Positions 12,111 through 23,834 of a stretch of DNA of 64,000 nucleotides are shown one piece after another (within the stretch, counting starts at the first letter, position 1; each line of letters opens with the position of its first letter). The position numbers and the translations under genes were made by a program. The stretch spans positions 82,834,001 through 82,898,000 of the forward strand of contig CM059432.1 in NCBI GenBank assembly GCA_030390025.1, given 5' to 3'. The notes under the pieces were generated by a model. The model worked only from the letters and a program-made list of their open reading frames with translations, did not search any database and was not told the DNA's origin. The stretch comes from Squalus acanthias. Taxonomy: Eukaryota.

Positions 12111-12926
12111 TGGGTGTGTGCGCCTCAGAGAAAAAGAGCCGCAGTTCTGGCATGAGTGGGCTGACTAGATCTGTAACCACTGCAAGGATCAAAATGAGGT
12201 CTTTCTATCTGCTTATGCAACAGGTAGGACAGAGTTGGTGTTTTTATTTTTTCTGTCAACTTGCAACAATAGCTGGAGGACAAGTTATTATGGTGTAATA
12301 GGTGGGGAATCTACAGAGTTGAGAATGTTTAACAGGTAGCCTTGGTCTGTGGAGCCAGAACTTGATAATTGTTAACCGTTGTAATTAAAAATTGAGACAG
12401 AAAAATCATACCTCCTGGATGCTGAGCCATGACTCCACAGAGCAGAACCATAGTATAAAAAGATAATACACTAATTTTTGCTGACATCAACAAACAACCT
12501 ACCTGAAGTCTATTCCCATTTGGTTTTATCAAAAACATAAAAACAATTTCAAATTCCATTGAGATACCTTCCAAACCAAATTCTTTATTCTTACAGCATT
12601 CACTCAGCTTATCTGTAAGTTTTTTTTTTACACACAGCAAAACCTTTCAAAAAGAGGCTTCATTTCTAAATACTGTTGGAGGAAAACATGGCTGAAAGCC
12701 TGCACACTGGATTAAATAGCAGAAAAGTCAGCAACCACTGAGGATCAAAAACAAAAGAGCAAAGATGTGATCATTCTGCAAAATGACGGTAGAAATACAT
12801 TCATCGGACAAGGTTCGAAGCCGATGTCAATCTGTTGTGAGGACAGACTTAAGTCACACTTATGGTGAATGCAATTAATGGACAAAGCAGCTTCAGTAGG
12901 CAAGCATGTTGCTACTAAGGAGCCTG

Positions 12927-13099
12927 TCACTCTGTTAGCAACTCTTGTAACAAACAATTTCTCTAAGACTGGCTAAGAGTTCAATTGGCTGCTGCACTTT
13001 TCTTGGCTTGATCTGGTGGCGCTCGTTTGTTGGTATAATTGCTACCACCTAAATGTTGACCTTGCACTGAACATCAGCAAACACATGGACCTGCTGGAC
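12927..13099 (-). pseudogene. Decayed SRC-1a-type alternative C-terminal coding segment inside the NCOA2 3'UTR
   Basis: VQQVHVFADVQCKVNI, then a 1-nt frameshift, then GGSNYTNK...*...*RNCLLQELLTE*. Compare NCOA1 VQQVQVFADVQCTVNLVGGDPYLNQ...KSLLQQLLTE*. Confidence 0.85.
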
Positions 13100-13134
13100 C
13101 GAGTTGAAGACAGGAGGAATAGCAATCCTGAGGG

Positions 13135-13146
13135 TCAGCAATATTT
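13135..13146 (-). CDS. NCOA2: NCOA2 terminal coding exon portion (KYC*)
   Basis: ttttccattttgcag|AAA TAT TGC TGA. KYC is the known NCOA2/NCOA3 C-terminus, and phase 0 matches the previous exon. Confidence 0.9.
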   Translation of the reverse strand, partial: KYC

Positions 13147-14409
13147 CTGCAAAATGGAAAAGCATGAAATAGGTATTTAATTAACAGAAAAGCGCACACA
13201 ATGTAACATCACAATATTGACATTATCACTATCACAAATATTGAAATCCGCAGAATTAGGAACCTTAAATGACTTTGGAATATGAGCAATTCCTTGCCCA
13301 TTCGTTCTCTTCCCTCTACATCTCTCACAACATGCTTGTTTTTAAAAACACTGCTTTTTAAAAACAGCTTATGTACTCCCAGGATTCTGATGTAATAAGT
13401 TTAAAAATTAAATCATCCAAAATGAACACACACTGATATTAAAACTATTTCATAATACAATCATCTGCAGAATGTTCTTGATATTTTTAGTTTACACTCC
13501 TTGCCGATTATACTGATTATGTTTTATAGAAGAATTCCAATTCCAAAGTGCAAGAGTCAGCAGTAGCAGTGCAGGAATTAATGTCAGTACTGCATACACA
13601 ATGTCGCATGGTTTAAATGTTTTAAAATATTGCCTTTTAATGAGACAGCATAGAAGTTTTGAAAACAAGGAATGTGTTTAGACTTTCTGCTTTTACTATT
13701 CACCATTAGTTAATAAATCTATTCCCTGTACTAATGGAAACACACTCAATTATTTATTGCAACTGGTTATTGTAGCACTCTTGTAATAAATCTTTCTTGG
13801 TGAAGTAGCAAAAAACTTTTAAAGTTCACATCAGCAACAACTAACATCCAAAAGCCAGCTTTGGTGCTAAATATTTTATGTTGTTTAAGAGCTGGAAAAA
13901 ATAATTTACACAGGACTAACAAAGAAACAGCCAACACAATAAAGATAGACCACTTTACATCTTTAGAATGACTAAATTACAAACATCTACAAAACTCAAT
14001 TCGTCCAACACTACTTTCAATAAGAGATTTTCATTTCAAAGATTTAAAATTGTATGTTAAATTAGATTTCCATTGGAAACTTACTTTTCTCTACCTCCTT
14101 ATGCCCAAGTTTATCCAGTATCATATTTTCAATAGAAAGGGGTTACTTAATCTGTGGCCAGAATGCTTCATTTTTTTCTAACTTATCTCCTGATCTGGTG
14201 CATTTCTTCTTTTTGTCGGGTACTCAAGACAGCAGGGATCGACAGTAAGGCACCAGTTAATCTCAATGTCTAAAACAAAATAGTCATTAGCAAGTTATCT
14301 AAAATAACTTGCATATTTTAATCTTTCCTTCCATAAACTAAGAACTTCACATGGTTACTGTAACAAGTACACCTTAACGCTTAATAAACATGGTATAGAG
14401 TGACTAATG

Positions 14410-14730
14410 CAGGAGTGGAATAGCACAGTATCCTTTCATCTCTGGGACCTGGCTTCAAATCCAACCTAGACTGATGGGATAAGTATCATCTGTCTCTGGC
14501 GGCTGCAAGAGTCTTAACACAAAATAGAGGGCAATCTAAACTCAGTTCCTCTTGGGATGGAGCCCAAAGCACAAATTGGCAATTTCAGTTATAGCATAAG
14601 GATGGTAGGTATGGGAAATAGTAAAGGCCTTACTGGTTGGAATTGAGGTACATTGTTGAGGTAAGAGAGTGTGGGGCAGTGGAGGGGGGGTTACTCTGTA
14701 TCTGGCTGTACTATAGCTAATCTGATGCAA
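14410..14730 (+). mobile_element. LF-SINE-like element
   Basis: Ordered blocks cctttcatctctgggacctggcttcaaatccaacc, tctggcggctg, cagttcct, cacaaattggca, ttgaggtacattg and agtgtggggcag resemble the recalled LF-SINE consensus. Confidence 0.55.
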
Positions 14731-14988
14731 ACACTAACTGCAAAAAAAAAGTTCCATTACTCATCACTGATGCCTCCTTTCCTTACTCCATTTTCTCCCC
14801 ATCTCTCCTGAAGATGCTGACTCTCTAGGGTACAGATCCACAGAATCCACCTATTCAAATGGCTATTCTTCATGTCTGAGCTTAGATATTGAATGTTGTC
14901 AGGTTATTCAATCGTGGAAGCCACCATCATGAATAATTTACATTATTTTAATATACTATGTGGAATTTATTTTATGTAAAAATATATT

Positions 14989-15260
14989 GGGCCGTAATTT
15001 GCAGCCCCTATGGGTGTGTACAAGGTGTGTACGTGCCCGTAGGGGCCGCGCAAGTTCCGGGTTTAGGCATGCGATGCGCATGCGCGAAAACCAGGAACTT
15101 GCGATGTCAAGAATTCTCTTGACAGATCATCCGCATCCCCAGGAGAAGGGACTCCGCGGGCGACTTCTGCCCAGCGAATGCCCTTGAAATTCTTACGCTT
15201 GGTAAAAGCAAGGCGTTACGCCTGGTACTGCCGAGTACCAAGTAATACTTTCCTCTCAGT
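14989..15260 (+). mobile_element. Hairpin-rich non-autonomous element end (probably Harbinger-derived)
   Basis: Starts gggccgtaattt, like the Harbinger TIRs in this window. CpG-rich, with several consecutive inverted repeats. Confidence 0.55.
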
Positions 15261-16694
15261 GGAAGAAACAATACATAGCAGATACACTGCGACATACGGA
15301 GACCAGTTAAAGTCCAAAATGGATGATGCGTGCAAGTGCCCTATCCACAAACCAAATAAGATAAGGTAAATCTACCAGTAACTCATACAGGTCACTAGCT
15401 CTTGGTGTTAAGAGGAGGTCAAGTGAAGTAACTGTTCTGAGGGGCAATAGAGGTTATGTGGAGTCCACAGATTCTTGATGCCTTCTTCCAGCTGTGAATA
15501 TTTAACCAGTGGTCCTCTGAGCCTGTATAATTCTTTGTCTGGCCAGGAGTAGAGAACACTTTTATGCTGGGCTGGATCCCAAAGTTCCTCTGCACAGGAA
15601 AAACAAGCTTCAACATTCTTGTACTGAACCATCACCTTCCAGAAAATTAGTCTGCTTCATTAGAATTAGAAAATTAGAAGACAGTGGAGAATTTTATGAC
15701 ACCTGTTTTTGCTGGGAATCATCTGTGGCGTTTGATTTACATTTTTTACTCAGGAGCTTCTATTGCCAAGCTGTTCCAATGGAAATTGACCAGGGTCAGT
15801 CTGATTAGTGCAGAACACAGTGAAACAATAATCAGGATGGTGTCTGAAATAAACACCACAATCACTTTGTAAAAAGAAAAACAAGCTAACTCAAAACTTC
15901 AAAAAGGAACTTTCTCTCCAGAGTTCTAAGACTATAGAAGAGCATTAACAAAGAATTCAAACAATTTTGAACTTTATCTGGTTCAGAAAACAGATCTGCT
16001 GATGACAGAAGATCTAACGAAAAGCTAAAGGTGCGGGCCAAAACAAAACTTTAGATATAGCTGTGGATAGGGCACAGCGACCAATTGACTGTTCAGGACA
16101 TGATTTTCTTAAACTGCAGGATCCCAAGTGACTATGCTCAGTAGGATGACAGAAACTGCATGTAGATTTTGAATAAATGTAAGAATTTATATTTTAAGTA
16201 ATTACTTCTAGATAATTCACAATGTGGTATAATAGTTTTTCAGCATTTGCACACTGTTGCATGATGTTATACAAATTTATTTTGATATAGCAAGTTGTTT
16301 AAAGGACTATAACCTGTGTGATCAGTAAGATGGCTACAATCTGTGTTCACTACCTGTTTCTGGACACTAGATGGTGACGTGCATTAGGGCCGAGAATTAA
16401 TTGTGCAGTTGTAAAACTAATTACCTGTGTAGTCCAGCCATGTCACTTAACAGAATTTGCATCTAAACCATTCATCCACTTCATAATAAACTCAAAATAC
16501 TCACTGGAGAACTCAATGGGAACCCAACAGTCATAATCTACAACAAATCAGTCAGGAATGTGCCACCTTGATGATGCTCATGTTTCTACAAACCCTACAT
16601 GGACAAACTTTCGCAAAATAGTTTATAAATACCAATCGATCTTCCGTGACATTGCTCATGGTGAGTTGGAGGATACACTTTTTATCTCCTTTGT

Positions 16695-17975
16695 AAAAAT
16701 TCATTCCTGGGATGTGAGCGTCGCTGGCAAGGCCAGCATTTATTGCCCTCAAGAAGGTGGTGGTGAGCCGCCTTCCTGAACCACTGCAGTCCGTGTGGTG
16801 ACGGTACTCTCTCAGTGCTGTTAGGAAGGGAATTCCAGGATTTTGACCCAGTGACGATATGTTTCCAAGTCAGGATGGTGTGTGACTTGGAGAGGAACTT
16901 GGAGGTGGTGACGTTCCCATGCGCCTGCTGCCCTTGTTCTTCTAGGTGGAAGAGGTTACAGGTTTGGGACGTGCTGTCGAAGAAGCCATGGCGAGTTGCT
17001 GCAGTGCATCTTGTAGATGGTACACACTGCAGCCACAGTGCGCTGGTGGTGGAGGGAGTGAACGTTTAAGGTGGTGGATGGGGTGCCAATCAAGCGGGCT
17101 GCTTTGTCCTGAATGGTGTCGAGTTTCTTGAGTGTTGTTGGAGCTGCACTCATCCAGGCAAGTGGAGAGTATTCCATCATACTCCTTACTTGTGCCTTGT
17201 AGATGGTGGAAAGGCTTTGGGGAGTGAAGTGGTGAGACACTCGCTGCAGAATACCCAGCCTCGGACCTGCTCTTGTAGCCACAGTATTTATGTGGGCTGG
17301 TCCAGTTAAGTTTCTGGTCAATGGTGACCCCCAGGATGTTGATATTGGGGCATCCGGCAATGGTTACGCCGTTGAATGTCAAGGGGCGATGGTTAGACTC
17401 TCGCTTGTTAGAGATAGTCATTGCCTGGCACTTAAGTGGCAAGTAACATTCGTGTCGCACATCAGCCCAAGCCTGAATGTTGTCCAGGTCTTGCTGAATG
17501 CGGGCATGGACTGCTTCATTATCTGAGGAGTTGCAAATGGCACTGAACACTGTGCAGTCATCAGCGAACATCCCCACTTCTGACCTTATGATGGAGGGAA
17601 GGTCATTGATGAAGCAGCTGAAGATGGTTGGGCCTAGGACACTGCCCTGAGGAACACCTGCAGCGATGTCCTGGGGCTGAGATGATTGACCTCCAACAAC
17701 CACAACCACCTTCCTTTGTGCTACGTATGACTCCAGCCAGTGGAGTTTTCCCTGATTTCCACTGACTTCAATTTTACTAGGGCTCCTTGATGCCACACTC
17801 GGTTAAATGCTGCCTTGATATGAAGGGCAGTCACTCTCGCCTCACATCTGGAATTCAGCTCTTTTGTCCATGTTTGGACCAAGGCTGTAATGAGGTCTGG
17901 AGCCGAGTGGTCGTGGCGGAACCCAAACTGAGCATTGGTAAGCAGGTTATTGCTGAGTAAGTGCTGCTTGATAGC
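16695..17975 (-). mobile_element. CR1-clade LINE 3' portion (RT domain)
   Basis: GVPQGSVLGPTIFSCFINDLP, MFADD, YKAQVRSMMEYSPLAW. Confidence 0.92.
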
Positions 17976-19879
17976 ACCAATCTAATGTACAATATCACAA
18001 GGGTTATTGATTAACAGTGATTGAGTAAGTTAAATTGAGTTTTCATTACGGAATATTGAGTGTTAATGGTATTTTCAGGCTCAATCTGCATGACTGTGCA
18101 CATTTGCACATGATGTGTTGTTTTCTAAAGTGGTGATGAGTGAGAGTAATGGAGAATGTAACATTTTGCTGGTATATTTCAGGGTATGTTGGGATAAAGG
18201 GAATGATAGTTAAAAATATATTAATGTAGAATAAATGGCAGAGAAAATGTAGAAATTCTAATGAAATTAATTTAATTAAGTGAAAACATGAAATTATATA
18301 TTGAAGGTTTTTATATAACTGCAGAGGTTTATGAAGAAAGGGAATGGGAGTTAAAATAAATTTAGAATATATATACCTTGGTGTCCTGAAAACAAACCCT
18401 AACTTACCCCTTGCTTTACCACAATTCAGGTCCTGAGCTGCACATACACACTGTACGCTGCCATGCTGATATCACAAATTTGATGGCCTAGACCTGATTT
18501 TTGGTCGGAAAAGAAATAAAGACTGTTCAATTTAGATTTTTTAAGGGGAACTGGATCTTCTTTTTGGTACTACTGCAAGGACTGTATTCTTTACGCTGCA
18601 GCAAATTCCAGCCTTTCATTCAAAGTTGTGTATGGAGCAAGTACAGCAGTGAATTGGCAAAGTTACAACACTGCTAGTCCCCTTAAGACTGAGGTCATCA
18701 ATTAAAGACCGACTCAGGTCACATACCAAGGCATTGTTTAATACAAGCAAGATTGTAACTGTTCCTTGTGTAGAATCTCTCAATTTTTAATATTCCACTA
18801 TCATAGTAGCAGGTAAGTGGTTCGAGCCACAATAAACATAGGTTCTTCAGCTTCACTTTTAAATTAAAAAAAATCTAGAGGGTTAAGTGAGACTTTGGTG
18901 GTGAGTCCCATAAAAGGGGTGTCCATAAACGGTGTAATTAATTGTGACTTCTCATTTAGCTTAACTATACCTTTTTTTTTTCATGATTTTCTCTGGATTT
19001 GCCCAGGATTTTTCAGACCCAATTATTTCTCATTGATTTTACTCCTGTTTTTAATAGTAAAATTAAAACCGGAAAGCCCCAATTTTTAAAATGGCAATAA
19101 AAACAGGCTTTTAAAATCCTTACAGATACTGCATTTCAATTTTCAAGCACTAGCATCTTTGATCTTGTAGAGCATAAAATTCAGCAAAAATCTGATTGTA
19201 CATCAGTAATGGCAGGGAAACTTAATTCTTGCAATGTTCAGTGTATTTCAACAACTGCACATTCATTATAATTAAAAGTGAGAGGAAACAATATCCTTGT
19301 AGTCACTAGTCATTAGTAAATCTGCTGTCAGTAGCCCTGAAGAAAATTCTGATTAACAAGCAGTCGGCAGAACTGATGGTATAGGCGAGTTTGATTTCTT
19401 CACCTATGACCAGCCTAATGGCCTGCATTGAATGTTGGATGCCTTACGTACTATTTACAGAGATGTTAGCTGATCTGAAAGGGATCTTGATACAAAAAAA
19501 AAGCGAATCAGGTTGGGAAAGACAATAGAATGATTTTTTTTTGTGGTCTCACATGTTTATATAAAACCACTATGTATGTAACTGATCCAATAAACATCAA
19601 GCATTTTTGTCTCCAGACTCGAGGGGAAATGGGATGGAAACTGTATAAGGTTATGACAATTCATGTTGGCATCTAAGTCCTTAGTATTGATTACATTAAT
19701 CTTCCAGAAGGTTACCTCAATGACCTTATTTTAAACTCATACTGGGCTTGCAGTAGTGTGTCTGGTTATGCTGACTAACTTGAAAAAGTATAAAAGCTTT
19801 TGTATCTTCAATTGAAAACATGCCTGCAAAGAAGAGCATAGTATGCCTGCAAAGAAGAGCATTGTATATTCTTTTAACG

Positions 19880-20260
19880 AAACGTCCATCAACCTCCTCG
19901 GCTGCTAACTCAAACTGAATAAGGAAATATGGGGCCCATGGCATCCTGCTCAACCCGGGAGTTCAGCTTCTTCCCCACATCCTGTCCATTACCAAAACAC
20001 ATTAAACCATGTCATCACCGACATACTGATCACCCGGTCATGTCCAAACTCCAGTAACACCCCATGCCCCAGTGTGTTGATTTCAAAATTCTTGCCCTTT
20101 TTTTTTTTAAATCTCAATGGCCAAACCCCATCATGCCTTAGGGATTTCCTTCTGCTTCATGTCCCTGCACACATGTTCCACTCTTAACGCTGGGACTTCT
20201 CCTTATCCCTCGCTCCCTCCACTCCACCACCAATGGTTTCTCAGTCAGCCATGATATCAG
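19880..20260 (+). mobile_element. Degenerate L2 LINE 3' fragment
   Basis: Pyrimidine-rich sequence with gatttcaaaattcttg and ctccaccaccaatgg blocks, similar to the L2 at 49410. Confidence 0.45.
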
Positions 20261-20389
20261 AGACATTATTTGTTTTAAGAAATTCAATAGAAAAAAAGGT
20301 GCCATCTTCAAATAGTAATTATTGTCCTGTCTTGCTAATTTTCTCTCTCCACTTTTGAAAAGGTAAAGTTCCACAGATGATGGCATCTT

Positions 20390-20676
20390 CCAAGTGGTCA
20401 TTTATCATGCATGAGCCATTACAATGAATGTCAGTAAGTTATTTATCCAGGGGTGGGGTAGGAGGGGGAGAGAGAGAAACATAGTTAAGCCCAATTCTGC
20501 CCTCACCTGCACACTTCCAGCAGAGGTTATTAAATATTGATCAGGAATAAGAGCCTTAGCTGACATTCTCCTTCCTAACCTGGGGCACCGAGGCTAATTA
20601 TAGCATTTGACCAGAGACTGAACTGGAGACCTTCCTGATCAGCTACTCATTTGATAAATTCATTGACCCACCAGGT
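20390..20676 (-). mobile_element. tRNA-derived SINE (family B)
   Basis: Reverse complement of family B blocks (gccctcacc, ccagcagagg, gaccttcctg). Confidence 0.6.
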
Positions 20677-20801
20677 AAACTTGAAATGGGCAACAGCATA
20701 CCTCCAATAACTACCATAAAGGAGGGGACAGACCCTATACTTTCTTTGGGTTCACAACTGAAATTCCCCAAATTTTGGTATTACACATATAGTACAATAT
20801 A

Positions 20802-21226
20802 CAGGAAACTTTCGTTTATCCGGCATCGACGGGACCGGCGTGGTGCCGGTTTATCGAAAGTACCGGATAACAGAGAGTTATATCTACCGAGGCTATTTTT
20901 AACAAAGAGACTCCAAGCAGCACAGGAGAATCTACTCCTGCTACTGCAATGTTTCGGACTTGCGACAGCGCCAGGAGGCCGAGTAGTGGCACTTTTGAAA
21001 AGTACCCCTACTGACTAAATCGGCGTTCTCGGACTCTGACTCGGACTCGGGATCGGCAACATTGCCGGTTATTTGAGAGGATTTTTCGGAGCACTCGGCG
21101 TTCGCGAAGACTCGACTGCGACTCGGCAACATTGCCGGTTATTTGAGAGGAGTTTTCGGAGGATGATTTTTGCCGGTTAAGCGAGAATTCCGGATATTTG
21201 GGTGCCGGATAAACAAAAGTTTCCTG
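20802..21226. mobile_element. Tc1/mariner (pogo/Tigger-like) MITE
   Basis: 24-bp TIRs caggaaactttcgtttatccggca / tgccggataaacaaaagtttcctg (1 mismatch), with TA on both sides. Confidence 0.9.
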
Positions 21227-21424
21227 TATTAGGTACAGGAATGAAGAAAAGTACAATTTAATTAAATGTTTCTTAAGTTGTGTGATTGATTTAATCAATC
21301 AGGAGGATATTGGGAGTTCATAGCTGTACCGTGAGGCAATAGTACATGAAAAGCTTTGCCTGACTTTTCTGGTCCCAATTCAAAGTTACTGGTTGAAGTA
21401 CAGCAGTTGGCCTCAAAAGTATCA

Positions 21425-21820
21425 CCTTGGCTCAGTGATAGCACTTTCACCTTGGAGTCAAAGTTTTGGTTCCAGCCCCACAATGGACTTGAGCACATAA
21501 TCTCGGCCAAGGGAGTGCTGCATTGTTTGAGGTGCCGTCTTTTGGTTGAGACGTTAAACTGAGACTCCACCTGCCTTTTCAAGATCCCATAGTACTTTTC
21601 AAAGAGGAGCTGGGGAGTTTTCCCGGTGTCCTGGCCAACATTTTACCAGCAACCAACACCACCAAAAACAGGTAAACTGGTTTGCTGTTTGTGGGCCCCT
21701 GCTGTGTGCAAACTGGCTGCTGGATTTGCCGACATAACAGCGACTACACTTTAAAAGTACTTCTTTGGCTGTAAATTGTTTTGGGATGTCCGAAGAATAT
21801 GAAAGGCACGATAAATACGT
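21425..21820 (+). mobile_element. DeuSINE (SacSINE1-like), near full length
   Basis: A-box tggctcagtgatag, Deu domain and L2-type tail. Homologous to 505-931. Confidence 0.85.
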
Positions 21821-22598
21821 GTTTTTAAGTGACTGAAGCAGTAAAATGTATGTGTAGTATTATAAATATGCATTTCTGACCATTAGATTTCCTCTTAATA
21901 GAAAAATCATAAATGTCTTCTTTATACATGTATTTACAGATTTGCTATAAACAGTTAAGATCTTCGGCCAGATCAGTACAGGCAAATCAAAGAAATAGGA
22001 ACATGGTGGATAACGGATAAAAACTTACAGCCAAAGATTTATTGCTGATCCATTAAGCTTCCAAGTCATAAAATTATCAATTCCAAACTCTAAATGTCCT
22101 AGACCCAGAATTTAGATACAATGAAATTTTAGCCCCTGAATGCTAAATGGAGTATCGTATATATTTAGTAAAGGATGGGATGATTTTCCATTTAGCCAGT
22201 AGAAAGCAGCATATTCTCTGACAATACAATTACATGAATTACAAAAATCTATGTGTTAGCTGCTTTCACAACACAACCTTGAAAGATCAGCCAGCACACT
22301 ACGGCAGATACCTGTTAATGCTCGAGAGTAGTATCTTCTTTCAGTGAAGTCTGATTGCAATAGGAAGTATTCTACTTTTATTATTATTGGTCCCTATCCT
22401 ATCCAAATACTTGAAATGCTTTCCAATACAAAGTCTTTTAGTAAAGTATTTTCATAATCTTAAAATTCCATGATCTTTAGTCTCTAGCCTTTGGTAAAAT
22501 GCATTGGTTGAAGCCTTAGCTGTTGGTCTAACAATTTGCTGTCAACACAACAGTGCTCTGTTTTAATTACATTTAGAAAAAAATTGCTCATCTCTTAC

Positions 22599-22797
22599 CT
22601 GTTCAGCACCCATAGAGGACAATCCTGATGTAGGCACAGAGGTCATTGAGGTCATGCTAATCTGCCCTGACATCTGATTCATGTTGCTCATACCGGCGGT
22701 ATTGGTTGCCATAGAAACACTGATATTCATATTGTTGCTGTACATGCTGGTGTTTGCCTGTTGTCCAAACTGTGGTGGGGACGGCTGTGAAAACATG
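22599..22797 (-). CDS. NCOA2: NCOA2 coding exon (AD2 region)
   Basis: [67 protein letters not shown]. Boundaries acacag| and |gtaaga. 199 nt, phase 2 to 0. Confidence 0.97.
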
Positions 22798-22989
22798 CTG
22801 TGTTGCAAGAGGAGAATAAACAAAAATCACATATTAGATTAAGTATATTTCCTCAAAAACATTTTACTACGTGGGTCTTGTCTGTGAGATGTTATGAACC
22901 GTACAAAAGTTCAGGCACAATTATTTTGCAGTAGACTACATGGGGCATTAGCTGCCAAAATTTTGAGTCACAATAGTCTTGTTTACATT

Positions 22990-23262
22990 TTCACTGCCAA
23001 AACCCTTACCCATGCTCGTCACATCCAGAATGAATTACTCCAACACTCTTCTCGCTGGCCTCATTATCCACAATGCACAAACTCTACTTGCCCAAAATGC
23101 AGCCACCCATAACCTATCCTACACTAAATCTCACTCGCCAATCACCCTCATCCTCACTGGACGACACCGCTCCCTGTCCCCCAACATATCGATATTCCTT
23201 TGTAAAGCCTTGGTATATCTTGTATGTTAAAGCTGTTAAGTAAATGCAAGTTGCTGTTGCTG
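22990..23262 (+). mobile_element. L2 LINE 3' fragments
   Basis: AKTLTHAR...SRMNYSNTLLAGL...QNAATHNL...KSHSPITLIL, with aaatgcaagttgctgttg tail. Confidence 0.7.
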
Positions 23263-23834
23263 CAATCCAGTAGAGAAGTTGTATGAATAATAAAGATTTC
23301 TGTAGACAATACTACAGCTTTGCACCTGCTTGTCTACCAATTGATTTCCGACAACCCCCCACCACAAAACAAAGTAAATATGGCCTGTAATTAAAATGAT
23401 CCAAAAATGAGGTACGTTAGGGTATCAGATTTAACAGCAGCAAGTCAAGGGCAGGTTAGGTCAACATTGATGGTGGTTTTCCTTTCTCCAAGATGCAAAC
23501 AGCTGCTCTCCAAATAAGCACACGATCTGGTCTGCCAGCCAATAAGCTAACTACTCTTTATTTTTTTGATTTGTGCTCAAGATGTTACCAATACTGGCAA
23601 GGCTGTATTTACTGCCCATCCCAAGGTGCCCTGAATGTGGTGGTGGGCCTGTTCCTCAAGACTGCTGCAGTTATTGTGGTGAAGGCATGTCTACAGTGGC
23701 GTTGGGAATTCATACTGTATTTCCATATAGGCTCCCTAGACCCAAGTCTGTTTTACCCACCCCACCCCCGGTTGTAAGTTTCCAGAATACTTTAAAGCTT
23801 AAATTAAAAGATGATGGGAAATGATCAGAAGTAC

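Larger units (their letters stand above)
7895..13134 (-). other. NCOA2: NCOA2 3'UTR (~5.2 kb, approximate end)
   Basis: Transposon-free, mostly AU-rich tract following the stop codon. It ends at tandem AATAAA signals with a U-rich element downstream. Confidence 0.7.

Noticed and set aside
11899..12192. 97-aa minus-strand ORF as an extra NCOA2 exon
   Set aside because: Its acceptor phase does not fit the upstream exon, it has no p160 similarity, and the repeated peptides continue only through frameshifts. Kept as a non-coding repeat finding.
19820..19868. 23-bp tandem duplication (and a similar ~25-bp one near 45772-45820)
   Set aside because: Ordinary slippage duplications with no further signal.
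21040..21170. CRISPR-like repeat-spacer pattern
   Set aside because: Only two copies, inside a eukaryotic MITE, with no cas genes.
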